Origin: Eledone cirrhosa
Lineage: Eukaryota
DNA length: 64,000 bases
Direction: 5' to 3'
NCBI GenBank assembly: GCA_964016885.1
Contig: OZ024740.1
Location: forward strand, 48,050,001-48,114,000
Shown: one piece after another, positions 27,264-44,566 of the stretch
Position numbering within the stretch: position 1 is the first letter of the stretch
Layout of the letters: every line of letters begins with the position of its first letter
Position numbers and translations under genes: made by a program
Notes under the pieces: generated by a model
What the model was told of the DNA's origin: nothing
The model's input: the letters and a program-made list of their open reading frames with translations, nothing else
Database searches by the model: none

Positions 27264-28118
27264 CGAGGTGTGTCAGAAAAGTTCCAGGACTGATGTCACA
27301 AAAGATTTATTTCAAACCCAAACTTCTCACTAAGAGTTTTCTCCTTCAAAGTAATCCCCCTGGAGTATGTAACTGTAATCTTAGCTCTCTTTTTTCTTCA
27401 TAATTTTATGTACATGTCCTCTGTTTCAGGTTGTCAAGCAATGAGCACAGAGCAATGAACAAACTTGAAGTTTCTGGTACGGTTGGGGAAAACTCCATCA
27501 GAAGCACTGGGATTGCTGCAGCAAGTGTATGGAGATGAGATGATGTCACGCTCATGTGTTTTTGAGTGGTGCAAGAAGGCCCTCAACAACTAGGACTGAG
27601 GTCAACGTTGAGCGCGTCAGGAAGATGGTGCGTAGCAATCGTCGGCTGACTGTTCGACTGATGGCAAATGAGCTGGGCATGAATCAGGACAGCATCTGGA
27701 AAATTCTCACTGAAGATTTGGACATGCAGAAAGTCTGTGCAAAGATGGTGCCAAAACTGCTGAACAATGACCAGAAGGGTTGACACATGCAAGTGTACCA
27801 GGACATCCTCGAGCGTCTTGAAACCGAACCAGACTTGCTAGGGACAGTCATCACCGGTAATGAGTCATAGATCTTCGAGTACGACCCGGAGGGGACCCGT
27901 TTTGAAGACGTGGATGACATCAAAAAGGCCATGACGACGGAACTGCGAAGGATCCCGGAAGAATCCTTCCAGGAGTGCATGCAAGCGTGGCAGAAAAGGA
28001 TGGAAAAGTGTATTAGACTCCAGGGAATTACTTTGAAGGAGAAAACTCTTAGTGTGAAGTTTGGGTTTGAAATAAATCTTTTGTGACATCAGTCCTGGAA
28101 CTTTTCTGACACACCTCG
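27264..28118 (+). mobile_element. Internally deleted mariner (Tc1/mariner) transposon
   Basis: ~103-bp TIRs (CGAGGTGTGTCAGAAAAGTTCCAGGACTG...), TA on both sides; transposase pieces RRLTVR..ELG, KVCAKMVPKLL, VITGNES*IFEYDPE, WQKRMEKCI; most of the DDD core is missing. Confidence 0.9.
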
Positions 28119-28135
28119 TATATTTATATATATAA

Positions 28136-30542
28136 ATCATCATCATCATCATCACCGTTTTACGTCCGTTCTTCCACGCTAGCATGGGTTAGACGGCTGA
28201 CCATGCCTTGCTCATACAGGAACTGATTTGGCTTGATTTCTACAGCTGAATGCCCTTCCTAACACCAACCTCATTTAGAGTGAGTGCTGGGTGCTTTTTC
28301 GTGGCGCCTACACGTCCACTTTACAGTGTGGGCTTGGTGCTTTTTTGCCATGGCACCTCCACGACCACCTTGCAGTGGGAGGGTGTGGGGGCATATTGTC
28401 TATATGCTTCAGCTTGTACCCATGGGAGGTCGGGTACTCTGTAGTACTGCGTGACGCCAGAGGTCACGGTCGTGTGTCATCGCCTTTGAGAGGTGTAATT
28501 GGGTAAGGTCGGCTTTTATCACCTCATCCCAGGTCATCTGGGTCTCCCCACTCCGCGGTTTCCATCGACTTCTAGTGCTCTGCACCTTTTTATGCAGCTG
28601 TCATCCTTCATACGCATCGCATGTCCATACCAACGCAACCGCCTCTCCTGCACACAGCATTTGATTCCTCTTATACTCAGTCTCTCTCTCAATTCATTTA
28701 TGATTTGTCGTTCGCGTATATTACTATTACACATCCATCGGAGCATGCAGGCTTCGTGTCTCTCTAATCTACATAAGACTTCCACCTTCAGTGCCCAGGT
28801 CTCACTACCATGCAACATCGCTGTTCGGATACACGCATCATACAGTCTGCCTTTCATTTTGAGGGAGAAGCCTTTTGCAGCTAGCAGTGGCAGTAGTTCC
28901 CTGAACTTCTTCCATCCCGTTCTCACCCTAGTTATTGTACTTCCTGAACACCCACCTCTGCTGCTAATTCGGTCACCTAGGTAGCAGAAGCTGTCTACTG
29001 TTTCTACAGAGTCCTCCCAGAGATTGGTGGTACTTGTTTCCTGTGGCTGTTTGCTGCTTGCTGTCCCAGCACAGCTGCTGCATGTGAAGCCTACATTCTT
29101 AATTAAGCTTCCTGAGATCCCACTACATCTCTTGTGTACCTATTGTTTGCATTTGGGGCAGAGAATGGAGTTCCTACCTACACCTTTCCTACATACTGAG
29201 CAAGGCCATTTCCCTGAGGGGATCTGGGTTCTGTTTTCTTGTCTACTTACAAGGACTTTAGTCTTTGTCATGTTGACTTTGAGACCCTTTCTTTCTACTC
29301 CCTGCATCCAAGTTTGGAATTTCTTCTCTAGTTCTACCATAGATTCAGCTATAAGTGCGAGGTCATCAGCATACAGGAGTTTCCATGGGCATCCGGTCTT
29401 AAACTCCTCCGTTATTGCCTGCAGGACTATGATGAAGAGGAGAGGGCTAAGAAGAGAGCCCTGGTGGACACCAAACTGTACGCTAAATTCCTCGCTATAC
29501 TCATTGCTAATCCTAACTTTGCTGACTGCTCCCCTATACATGGCTTGTACAGCTTTCACAAGCCATTCATCTACTCCTAGTTTTCTAAGAGCCCACCAGA
29601 TTACAGCACGTGGAACTCTGTCAAAAGCTTTCTCAAGATCGACGAATGCCAGGTAGAGTGGCTTACTTTTAGCTAGGTACTTTTCATGTAACTGCCTTAC
29701 AAGGAAGAGGGCATCAGTAGTGCCTCTTCCTGGTACAAACCCAAATTGCATCTCATCTAGTTTCACCCGGTCCCTAATCAACTGTGCTATAACTCTTTCT
29801 GTTACTTTCATGACTTGGTCCATCAGCTTTATACCTCTATAGTTTCCTCTATCGAGTGCATCACCTTTACCTTTGTAGCAGTTGACAATGATGCTACTGC
29901 ACCAATCTTTTGGTATGACACCTTCTAGTATTACCTGGTTAACAATACGTGTGGTTATAGTGTGACCTACAGACCCAGATGCCTTCAGCATCTCGGCAGC
30001 TATACCCGATGGACCGGTTGCCTTCCCCATCTTCATATCTTTGATTGGCTTACTTACTACGTTGCTGCTTACTTGTACTGCTGGCCCCTCTATAGGGTCT
30101 ACTTGGAGTAGGGTCTCTTCTACCCATGCATTCTCCTCATTTAGTAATCTATCATAATGAATCTTCCATGCATCTTTCTTCTCAGCACTTGTGAGGGCAA
30201 GCTCACCTTTATCATTCCAGATACACTTCTCTCCAATGACATCACAATTCTCTCTGACACACTGCCTCGCAATCATGAACACCTCCTGTTTCTGGTCCTC
30301 ACGTTGCAAAACATGCTTGAATTTTCTATCCTCTGCTTCCCTCCTAGCTAAGTATACTTGTCGCCTAGCTTCCCTCTTGGTCTCTATGTAATGTACCCTG
30401 CTCCCCCCGTTCTTCCATTCTTTCCATGCCTGTCTCTTGGCCTTAACTGCCTCATCTACCTTATTGTTCCACCACCAAGTCACTCTCCTCCTGCTTGAGG
30501 TCTTACTCCAGCCACAGACCTCATCCGTCGCCTCTAGTAAGT
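28136..30542 (-). mobile_element. RTE LINE copy A, 5'-truncated
   Basis: ORFs 29140-30483 and 28534-28926 (NYRGIKL, QFGF, FVDLEKAFDRVPR, GVHQGS, YADD); nonsense TAG at 29140; (GAT)n tail; TA repeats on both sides. Confidence 0.95.
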
Positions 30543-30592
30543 TATATTTCTATATATTTATATATATATATATTTATATATATTTATATATT

Positions 30593-33145
<2,553 letters not shown>

Positions 33146-35960
33146 ATCATCATCATCTTCATCGTTTAACGTCCATGTTCCATGCTTGCATGGGTTTGGA
33201 CGGGAGTTTTCCAACTTGAGGCAAGAGTGGTTGTCTTGCTCGCATAGGACTGTCTGGCGGGTTTTCTACAGTTGGATGCCCTTCCTAACACCAACCACAT
33301 TTACAGTGTGGGGCTGGGAGCTATTTACCGTGTTGCCTACATGGCCACATTACAGCGTGGACTGTCTGCCGGGTTTTCTACAGCTGGATGCCCTTCCTAA
33401 CACCAACCACATTTACAGTGTGGGACTGGGAGGTTTTTACCGTGTTACCTACACGGCCACATTACAGCGTGGACTGTGTGTTTTTTTTGTCATGACACCT
33501 ACACGATCTCATATGTTTCGGCCTGGATGTTGTGGCACCAACATAACTTTACATTGAAAGGGGCGGTGTGAATGAGGTGGGGGTGGTGGGACGGGGGTGT
33601 ATTTTGTTAGAGATGCCTACTGACTGTAGTAGGTTTTACTTTGTATTTAGGTAAGGCGGGTCTTCTCTATTACTGAGTACCGCCAAAGGTCTCGGTCCAG
33701 TGACATTGTCTTGGAGAGGTGTAAGTGTGTGAGGTCGGAATTTATCAGCTCGTCCCAGGTTTTTCTGGGTCTGCCTACTCCGTGGCTACCATCTATCTTT
33801 ATTGCAGCTGTCGTCTTTCATGCACATCACGTGACCATACCAACGTAGCTTTTTCTCGAGTAAACAACATCTGATCCCTCTTATTTCTAATTTTTTCCTT
33901 AGTTCGTTTATGCTTTGCCGTTCACGTATATTACTATTACACATCCAGCGGAGCATGCAAGCTTCATTCCTCTCTAGTCTGCGTATATCCTCTACACACA
34001 ATGCCCAGGTCTCACTGCCATGCAACGTTGCTGTTCGTATGCAGGCATCATACAACCTGCCTTTCATTTTTAGGGAGAACCCTTTAGCGGCTAATAGTGG
34101 TATAAGCTCTCTGAACTTTTTCCATCCAGTTCTGACTCTAGCTACTGTACTTTCAGAGCACCCTCCACCATATGCACCCATACTTTGCATTTGGGACATA
34201 AAATGGAGTTTCTACCTACGCCTTTCCTACACACTGAGCATGGCCATTTCCCGGAAGGGACCGGCGCCTTATTTTCTTTCCTACAAACTAGAACTTTAGT
34301 CTTAGCCAGGTTAATTTTAAGGCCTTTTGATTCTAGGCCGTGCTTCCATGTTTGGAATTTCTTCTCTAGCTCGGCCATTGATTCAGCTATGAGCGTTAGA
34401 TCATCTGCGTATAGGAGTTCCCATGGGCAGCCGGTCTTGAACTCCTCTGTTATAGCCTGAAGGGCAATAATAAATAGTAGAGGGCTAAGAACAGAGCCTT
34501 GATGGACACCAACTTTTACGCTAAACTCTTCACTATATTCGTTGTTAATTCTAACCTTGCTGACTGTTTCTTTATACATGGCTTGTATAGCTCTCACAAG
34601 CCATTCGTCAACACCTAGTTTTCTAAGAGCCCACCAGATAATGGAACGGGGGACTCTGTTGAAGGCTTTCTCCAAGTCGACAAAGGCTAAGTATAGGGGT
34701 TTACTTTTAGCTAGGTACTTCTCCTGTAGTTGTCGTACAATGAAAAGAGCGTCTGTGGTACTTTTGCCTGACACAAACCCGAACTGCATTTCATCTAGAT
34801 CGATTCTCTCTCTGATTAGTTGCACTATTACTTTTTCTGTGACCTTCATGACCTGGTCGATTAATTTAATGCCTCTATAGTTACTCCTATCTAGGGCGTC
34901 TCCTTTACCCTTATAACAGTTAATGATGATGCTGCTACGCCAGTCCTTCGGAACAACCCCATTCTGTATGACTTGGTTTACTATCCGGGTGACCATGGTG
35001 TGTCCCACCGTTCCAGAGGCCTTCAGCATCTCAGCAACTATTTCCGAAGGCCCAGCCGCCTTACCCGTCTTCATATATTTGATTGCCTTACTTATTATAC
35101 TACCTTCAACTAACACTGCTGGTCCCTCTATTGGATCGATCTGGGGGAGACTATCCTTCTCCCATTTATTCTCCTCATTTAGTAGCCTCTCGTAGTGACA
35201 CTTCCAAGCGACCTTCTTATCAGCGTCAGTGATGGCGAGTACGCCATCATCATTTAGTACACATTTCTCCCCAACAATATCACGGTTTTCCTTGACACAT
35301 TGCCTAGCAATCCTGAACACCTCACGTTTTTGGTCCTCGCGTTGTAGAACATGCTTGAACTTTCTTTCCTCTGCTTCCCTTCTTGCGAAGTACACTTGTC
35401 TCCTAGCTTCCCTCCTGGCCACTTGATAGTTTTCTCTACTTCCCCCATCCCGCCATACTTTCCAAGCCTGCTTTTTGGCCTTAATCGACTCCTCCAGCTT
35501 ACTGTTCCACCACCATGTTACTCTCCTCCTGCCTATAGGCCTGTTCCGGCCACAGACTTCGTCTGCCGCCATCAGCAGGTTTGCTTTCAGGAATTCCCAC
35601 TGTTCCTCTATATTGTACGACTCTAAATGCTCTTCCTTACTGTCGAAAGCATCAAGTAATATGCTTTGAAATTTATTTCTGGCTGTGGGGTCCTTTAGCT
35701 TCCATATTTTTCTCCTGAGGATAGTCCTCTTCTGCTGTCGAGTACGTCTCGTCCTGACTATGAGGTCTCTAATTATCAATCTATGTTGGGAGGTGCATTC
35801 TTCATGGGGGAGGGATTTAGTGTTTACAACAGTCACTCTGTCACATCTTCTGGTAAGGATATAATCTACCTGGCTGGTATGTTCCCCTGATCTGTAGGAG
35901 ATCAAGTGATTGTCTCGTTTTTTGAAGTTGGTGTTACATAATCTACCTGGCTGGTATGTT
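33146..35960 (-). mobile_element. RTE LINE copy C (diverged subfamily), 5'-truncated within the APE endonuclease
   Basis: ORF 34142-35905 (SQVDYIL, SQHRLII, RT motifs) plus 33786-34199; frameshifting deletion near 34170; 112-bp tandem duplication in the 3' UTR (33247/33359). Confidence 0.95.
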
Positions 35961-36130
35961 TATATATATATTTATATATATATATATATATTTTTATATG
36001 CAAAAGTTTTATTTTAAATTGTTGGGTTACAACAAGTAAATATTTTATAACTGATATAAAGCACTCGACAAGTTTTTGGAGTAGATATACGATATTAAAC
36101 AAATGGAAACTATATTTATAAAACCATATT

Positions 36131-36196
36131 TATTTCATTATACATATTTCGGCGATACCATATTAAAAATATGGCATGCCTTCGTCAGATAAAATA
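36131..36196 (-). ncRNA. Type I hammerhead ribozyme motif (intact core)
   Basis: TATTTTAT-CTGACGA-aGGC-ATGCCATATT-ttt-AATATGGTAT-cGCC-GAAA-TATGTAT-A-ATGAAATA; 8-bp stem I; AUA site. Confidence 0.75.
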
Positions 36197-36691
36197 CAAT
36201 ATATAAACAGTTTTATAAATAATTTTGACGTACCATAAATATGAGCGACCATTATGTACCTCCCCCTATATAATTATTATTTTGTCTCCCTCTTTCTTCC
36301 CCCCCCCCCCATCTCTATCTCTCTGTTTTCTCTTTATCTCCATTTTTTATTTCTCTCCGTCTCCTCTCTAACTGTCTTTAACACTATAACTAAATAATTA
36401 CCGTACTCCCTCCCTCTTAAATCTCTCAATTTGTATGATGAATTATTATTATTCATCTGTTGCCTTCGATTGCCTTTCTTTTTTCACCTCCTCCATATTT
36501 CTCTCTCCCCTATCTCTCGCTATTTCCTTCTGTTTTTCTTTACATACATTTCTTCTTTTTCTCCGTCTTTCTTTATAACTGTGCTTAACACTAAATATTT
36601 ATAAACACTTCACTACCAAACTAGCTTCCTACATAATGGTCGCTTATATTTATGGTACATCAAAATTATTTATAAAACTGTTTATATATTG

Positions 36692-36757
36692 TATTTTATG
36701 TGACGAAGGCATGCCATATTTTTAATATGGTATCCCCGAAATATGTATAATGAAATA
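36692..36757 (+). ncRNA. Hammerhead motif, mutated copy
   Basis: Inverted twin of 36131-36196 with GTGACGA (C3G) and a stem II mismatch. Confidence 0.6.
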
Positions 36758-36894
36758 AATATGGTTTTATAAATATAGTTTCCATTTGTTTAATATCGTA
36801 TTTATTTTTATATATATTTATATATATATATATTTATATATATATATTTATATATATATATATTTATATATATATATTTATATATATATATTTA

Positions 36895-37009
<115 letters not shown>

Positions 37010-37100
37010 ATTTATATATATTTATATATATATATATTTATATATATATATATATATATTTATATATTTATATATATATATATTTATATATATATATATA

Positions 37101-37153
<53 letters not shown>

Positions 37154-37176
37154 TTATATATATATATATTTATATA

Positions 37177-37213
<37 letters not shown>

Positions 37214-37218
<5 letters not shown>

Positions 37219-37409
37219 AACCAGTAAGACCCCGACAGCTGAGCTCAAGCCGTTTCGACGGCTAATTCTGGACGTCCAGAATTAGCCGTCGAAACGGCTT
37301 GAGCTCAGCTGTCGGGGTCTTACTGGTTCCTATTACCCACTCTACTACCTCAAGTATTGAGTACTTTGGTGCGTTATGGTCCACCTGGTTCCTTACCACA
37401 TTTCCTTCG

Positions 37410-37410
<1 letters not shown>
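37214..37410 (+). mobile_element. 120-bp perfect palindrome plus 77-bp single-copy tail between (TA)n arrays
   Basis: Arms 37214-37273 and 37274-37333 with no spacer (centre GAC|GTC); homologous pieces at ~13030-13072 and ~61420-61510. Confidence 0.75.
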
Positions 37411-37453
<43 letters not shown>

Positions 37454-37534
37454 TTATATATATATTTATATATATATTTATATATATATTTATATATATA
37501 TTTATATATATATTTATATATATATTTATATATA

Positions 37535-37579
<45 letters not shown>

Positions 37580-37600
37580 TTATATATATATTTATATATA

Positions 37601-37645
<45 letters not shown>

Positions 37646-37646
37646 T

Positions 37647-37699
<53 letters not shown>

Positions 37700-37712
37700 T
37701 TATATATATATT

Positions 37713-37765
<53 letters not shown>

Positions 37766-37778
37766 TTATATATATATT

Positions 37779-37835
<57 letters not shown>

Positions 37836-37836
37836 T

Positions 37837-37867
<31 letters not shown>

Positions 37868-37868
<1 letters not shown>

Positions 37869-38612
37869 AACAATTAAGTTAGAAATGTACATCCACATAT
37901 GTATACTGAAATACTAGTATGCATATGAATACACACACGTGTACATATGTAGATGTACCGAGTTTTTCACTGGTCACTTTACTGTGAGTGTCCAGCTATT
38001 CTGTATGTAAACACACAGACAAACCGGTTTTTAGAGTCATACTGGTTTTTGAGGAAACACCTTTCCTCTATTCTCCAGAAAGCCAGACAAAGAATATTGG
38101 ACTAGTTTCGATGTTGTTACATCTCATCAGCAATATTTACCTATCTTCCGGCCTTTCTAGAGAATCGTAAAAGCACATATCGTTATATGCTTTTTCTATG
38201 AAAATTAGTAGTGGGCAGACTAATTTGCATAGGGCGTGAGTACGTACCGGTTCAACGGAGACGATAAAAACAAATAACGAAACGAAATTAAATTTCGTTT
38301 CGTTTGTAACTCACTTTTGTATGACTGACGCTTAAACAATTAAGTTAAAAATGTACATCCACATATGTATACTGAAATACTAGTATGCATATGAATACAC
38401 ACACGTGTACATATGTAGATGTACCGAGTTTTTCACTTGTCACTTTACTGTGAGTGTCCAGCTATTCTGTATGTAAACACACAGACAAACCGGTTTTTAG
38501 AGTCATACTGGTTTTTGAGGAAACACCTTTCCTCTAATCTCCAGATAGCCAGACAAGGAATATTGGACTAGTTTCAAAAACCAGTATGACTCTAAAAACC
38601 GGTTTGTCTGTG
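37868..38612 (-). mobile_element. Partial-tandem (1.5-mer, 466-bp period) ribozyme cassette with short terminal inversion
   Basis: 37871-38109 is repeated at 38337-38575; the second copy breaks inside the hammerhead and is followed by an inverted ~37-bp piece. Confidence 0.8.
38093..38137 (-). ncRNA. Canonical minimal type I hammerhead ribozyme
   Basis: AATATTG-CTGATGA-GATGT-aaca-ACATC-GAAAC-ta-GTC-CAATATT: 7-bp stem I, 5-bp stem II, palindromic ACTAGT stem III, GUC site. Confidence 0.92.
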
Positions 38613-39509
38613 CTTACAAGTGTTTCCACGGTGGTACTGCAGCCTAGTTCCGCTACGTGCAAATTCACAAGTATTTTCAGAACTCGAATATCCAATGCTG
38701 TGACCACTGTTTCCTCAGAGCAGAATCTGTTTCCTCAGAGCAGAATGGTAAATATACAATGTAAAAACCCTTAAGTGGGGTTGTTGGGGAAGATGGAGTG
38801 GAACAGGAAGAGAGAAAAGTAGGGAAGAAGTAGAGAGAAGGAAAGATATGCAGGGGTTGGAGAAGTAGGAGAGAGTGGCTTGTAGATATCTTAATCAAAA
38901 TGTTATGGTAGGGGTTTTATTAGTTACTTTTGGAGAGATGCGTAGATAGTTGAGGTCGGAATTATTTATTGCCCCAGAGGGCAGGTTCATAAATGTTGAG
39001 AGGGAGGTAGGTCAAAGGTGAGAGAGAGAGAGTGTAATGGATGTAGAGAGAGATATATAGGTAGAGAGGGGACAGATAAATATGTGTGGTGAGTGAACTT
39101 TTGGTATTGTAGTAGTATTCTAGGAGTTGTACTGAGTTACCATGTATAGTGATAAGCAGTGTATTGTCTTGTAGTGTGGGGGGAAGAGAAGGTTGTTAGC
39201 TAGAAAGTGGTGTTGTAGTTACGGGTTCGAATGTTAAGTTATTTTATAGTGAGAGAATTTAGCTTTTAGTTTGTGGTTGCAGTATAATGATCGTTCAATT
39301 CTATCGTTAAGTAGTTTGTTTTTGGATTTTGATGTCTACCTGTTATTATTCATTCTTTATATACACTCCGGAATACTGAAGGATCAGGAACTAAGTTTCT
39401 TGAACAATTCCTCCATAACTCGTAGAGTAACCTCTTACCGTACGTCAACCATATCCAGTGTAGTAATTAACCATCACTACATCTTGGATAATCTTACACC
39501 TAATATATT

Positions 39510-39540
<31 letters not shown>

Positions 39541-39601
39541 ATTTATATATATATATATTTATATATATATATTTATATATATATATTTATATATATATAT
39601 T

Positions 39602-39682
<81 letters not shown>

Positions 39683-39715
39683 TTATATATATATATATTT
39701 ATATATATATATATT

Positions 39716-39764
<49 letters not shown>

Positions 39765-39815
39765 ATTTATATATATATATTTATATATATATATTTATAT
39801 ATATATATATTTATA

Positions 39816-39848
<33 letters not shown>

Positions 39849-39855
39849 ATATATT

Positions 39856-39904
<49 letters not shown>

Positions 39905-39911
39905 ATATATT

Positions 39912-39994
<83 letters not shown>

Positions 39995-40145
39995 ATACTT
40001 TGGGAGGGTCATGTTGCCAATAAGAAACACACGCACCAGTTGCTTTCACTTCAATTTAATTTAATATATATTTATAAATTTACAAATTTATAAATTTCTG
40101 GTTGGTTGGTTGGTTCCACAACCAGATAGTTGTTTATATATATAT

Positions 40146-40190
40146 AGTCATAGTTCTTTCGTCACACACTCTGTGACCTCTTCAGTGACT
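40146..40190 (-). ncRNA. Minimal type I hammerhead ribozyme
   Basis: AGTCA-CTGAAGA-g-GTCACA-gagtg-TGTGAC-GAAAG-aa-CTA-TGACT; CUA site. Confidence 0.85.
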
Positions 40191-40469
40191 GGGGATTTCT
40201 TTCTTCGTTTCTGTGCCTTTCCTTTCTTCTATCCTACGCCATTTTGTTTGTGTGTGGGTTGCGTGCTCAGTTTGCGCATGCGCCACATCCGGGTGTCTGT
40301 GTGTGTTTGTGTTCATTTTTCTATTTTTCTATTTATATTTGTTTGTTTATTTATTTATTTATTGTTGGTTGGTTGTTTGTTCTATGTGTGTGTGTGTTTT
40401 CATTTTGTCTTGTGTGTGTTTTCAATTGTAAGTTGTTTATATATGTGTGTGTGTGTTTTCATTTTGTCC

Positions 40470-40913
40470 TTAATTGTAAGTTGTGATGTTGCTGTTCCAC
40501 TCATATTTTCTATTTAATTTTGGTTTTAATTCTTTTATGCTTACTGCCTCTGTAATTTGCCTAAACATTGCGTCTTTCTTGTGTGTGGATTCTATTTTTA
40601 TTTCTATGCTCTCTAATTTACCCCTGTGTTCTATCTTAGCATGTTGGTAGAGCACAGATGATTCTTTACTATCTTGGAGGTCTCGCCAGTGTTCATTTAT
40701 TCGTTCCCCTATACTACGAGCTGTCTCACCTATGTACACTATATTTTTGTTTCTACATTGTCCCTCAGTACATCTTATGCTATATACTACATTTCTAGTT
40801 TTACAGTTAATATGGGGGCTTATTTTACAGGTTATACATTTCTTATCTATACATGAGGGTCTTTGGAACGGGTATGTCTTGCTAATAAGTGTTTTTACGG
40901 AGGTACCAGGTCT
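40470..40913 (-). CDS. C-terminal GIY-YIG endonuclease of a Penelope-like element (5'-truncated)
   Basis: RPGTSVK...CIDKKCITC...[18 protein letters not shown]...[17 protein letters not shown]...QHAKIEH...RQITEAVSI...PKLNRKYEW; the frame extends upstream of the listed ORF without stops. Confidence 0.9.
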   Translation of the reverse strand, partial: RPGTSVKTLISKTYPFQRPSCIDKKCITCKISPHINCKTRNVVYSIRCTEGQCRNKNIVYIGETARSIGERINEHWRDLQDSKESSVLYQHAKIEHRGKLESIEIKIESTHKKDAMFRQITEAVSIKELKPKLNRKYEWNSNITTYN

Positions 40914-41005
40914 TATATATATATATTTATATTTATATATATATTTATATATATATTTATATTTATATATATATTTATATATATATTTATATTTATATAT
41001 ATATT

Positions 41006-41108
<103 letters not shown>

Positions 41109-41111
41109 ATT

Positions 41112-41144
<33 letters not shown>

Positions 41145-41147
41145 ATT

Positions 41148-41178
<31 letters not shown>

Positions 41179-41257
41179 TTATATATTTATATATATATAT
41201 ATATTTATATATATATTTATATATTTATATATATATTTATATATTTATATATATATT

Positions 41258-41288
<31 letters not shown>

Positions 41289-41423
41289 TTATATATATAT
41301 TTATATATTTATATATATATTTATATATATATTTATATATTTATATATATATTTATATATTTATATATATATTTATATATATATTAATATATATATATTT
41401 ATATATATATTTATATATATATT

Positions 41424-41476
<53 letters not shown>

Positions 41477-41570
41477 TTATATTTATATATATATATTTAT
41501 ACATATATTTATATATATATAAAATAAAGTTAAATAAAAGTCAAATGATTAAAATTTAGCTTCGTTTATT

Positions 41571-41625
41571 ACTGCTGTATATATTTCAGTGACAGCCATC
41601 TTTGGCTGTGACCTCTTCAGGCAGT
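41571..41625 (-). ncRNA. Hammerhead motif, left-arm copy (cleavage triplet ACA, probably impaired)
   Basis: ACTGC-CTGAAGA-GGTCACAGCCA-aaga-TGGCTGTCACT-GAAA-TATATACA-GCAGT. Confidence 0.65.
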
Positions 41626-41887
41626 TTGAATTAGTATGGTATAGACAAATACATATGTTGTTTAGGTGTATGATATTGTCAATACTCTGATATGCCCAGT
41701 TCCTTGCTGGGTTGTTAATTCACTGGGGAACTGGAGTCATATGAATTCAAACAAACGTTTGTTTGAATTCATATGACTCCAGTTTCCCAGTGAATTAACA
41801 ACCCAACAAGGAACTGGGCATATCAGAGTATTGACAATATCATACACCTAAACAACATATGTACTTGGCTATACCATACTAATTCAA

Positions 41888-41942
41888 ACTGCCTGAAGAA
41901 GTCACAGCCAAAAATGGCTGTCACTGAAATATATATAGCAGT
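41888..41942 (+). ncRNA. Type I hammerhead ribozyme (intact core)
   Basis: ACTGC-CTGAAGA-AGTCACAGCCA-aaaa-TGGCTGTCACT-GAAA-TATATAT-A-GCAGT; self-complementary AU stem III. Confidence 0.85.
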
Positions 41943-42089
41943 AATAAACGAAGCTAAATTTTAATCATTTGACTTTTATTTAACTTTATTTTACACTACA
42001 CCGGAGTAACCGAACCAACCTGCGTACTTCGTCGAGTTCTCCAGCCTGCATACTGAGGTGTTGGTATACAACCAACATAAACTCAAAAT

Positions 42090-44566
<2,477 letters not shown>

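Larger units (their letters stand above)
35998..36800 (-). mobile_element. Penelope-like inverted pseudo-LTR cassette
   Basis: ~170-bp inverted arms (about 36087-36258 and 36631-36800), each with a hammerhead motif; single-copy extension 35998-36086; TA repeats on both sides. Confidence 0.75.
39991..40913 (-). mobile_element. Penelope-like element 3' fragment (GIY-YIG endonuclease, 3' UTR, hammerhead) inserted in (TA)n
   Basis: Open frame from the TA junction to the stop at 40470, hammerhead ~280 bp downstream, TA arrays on both sides. Confidence 0.9.
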
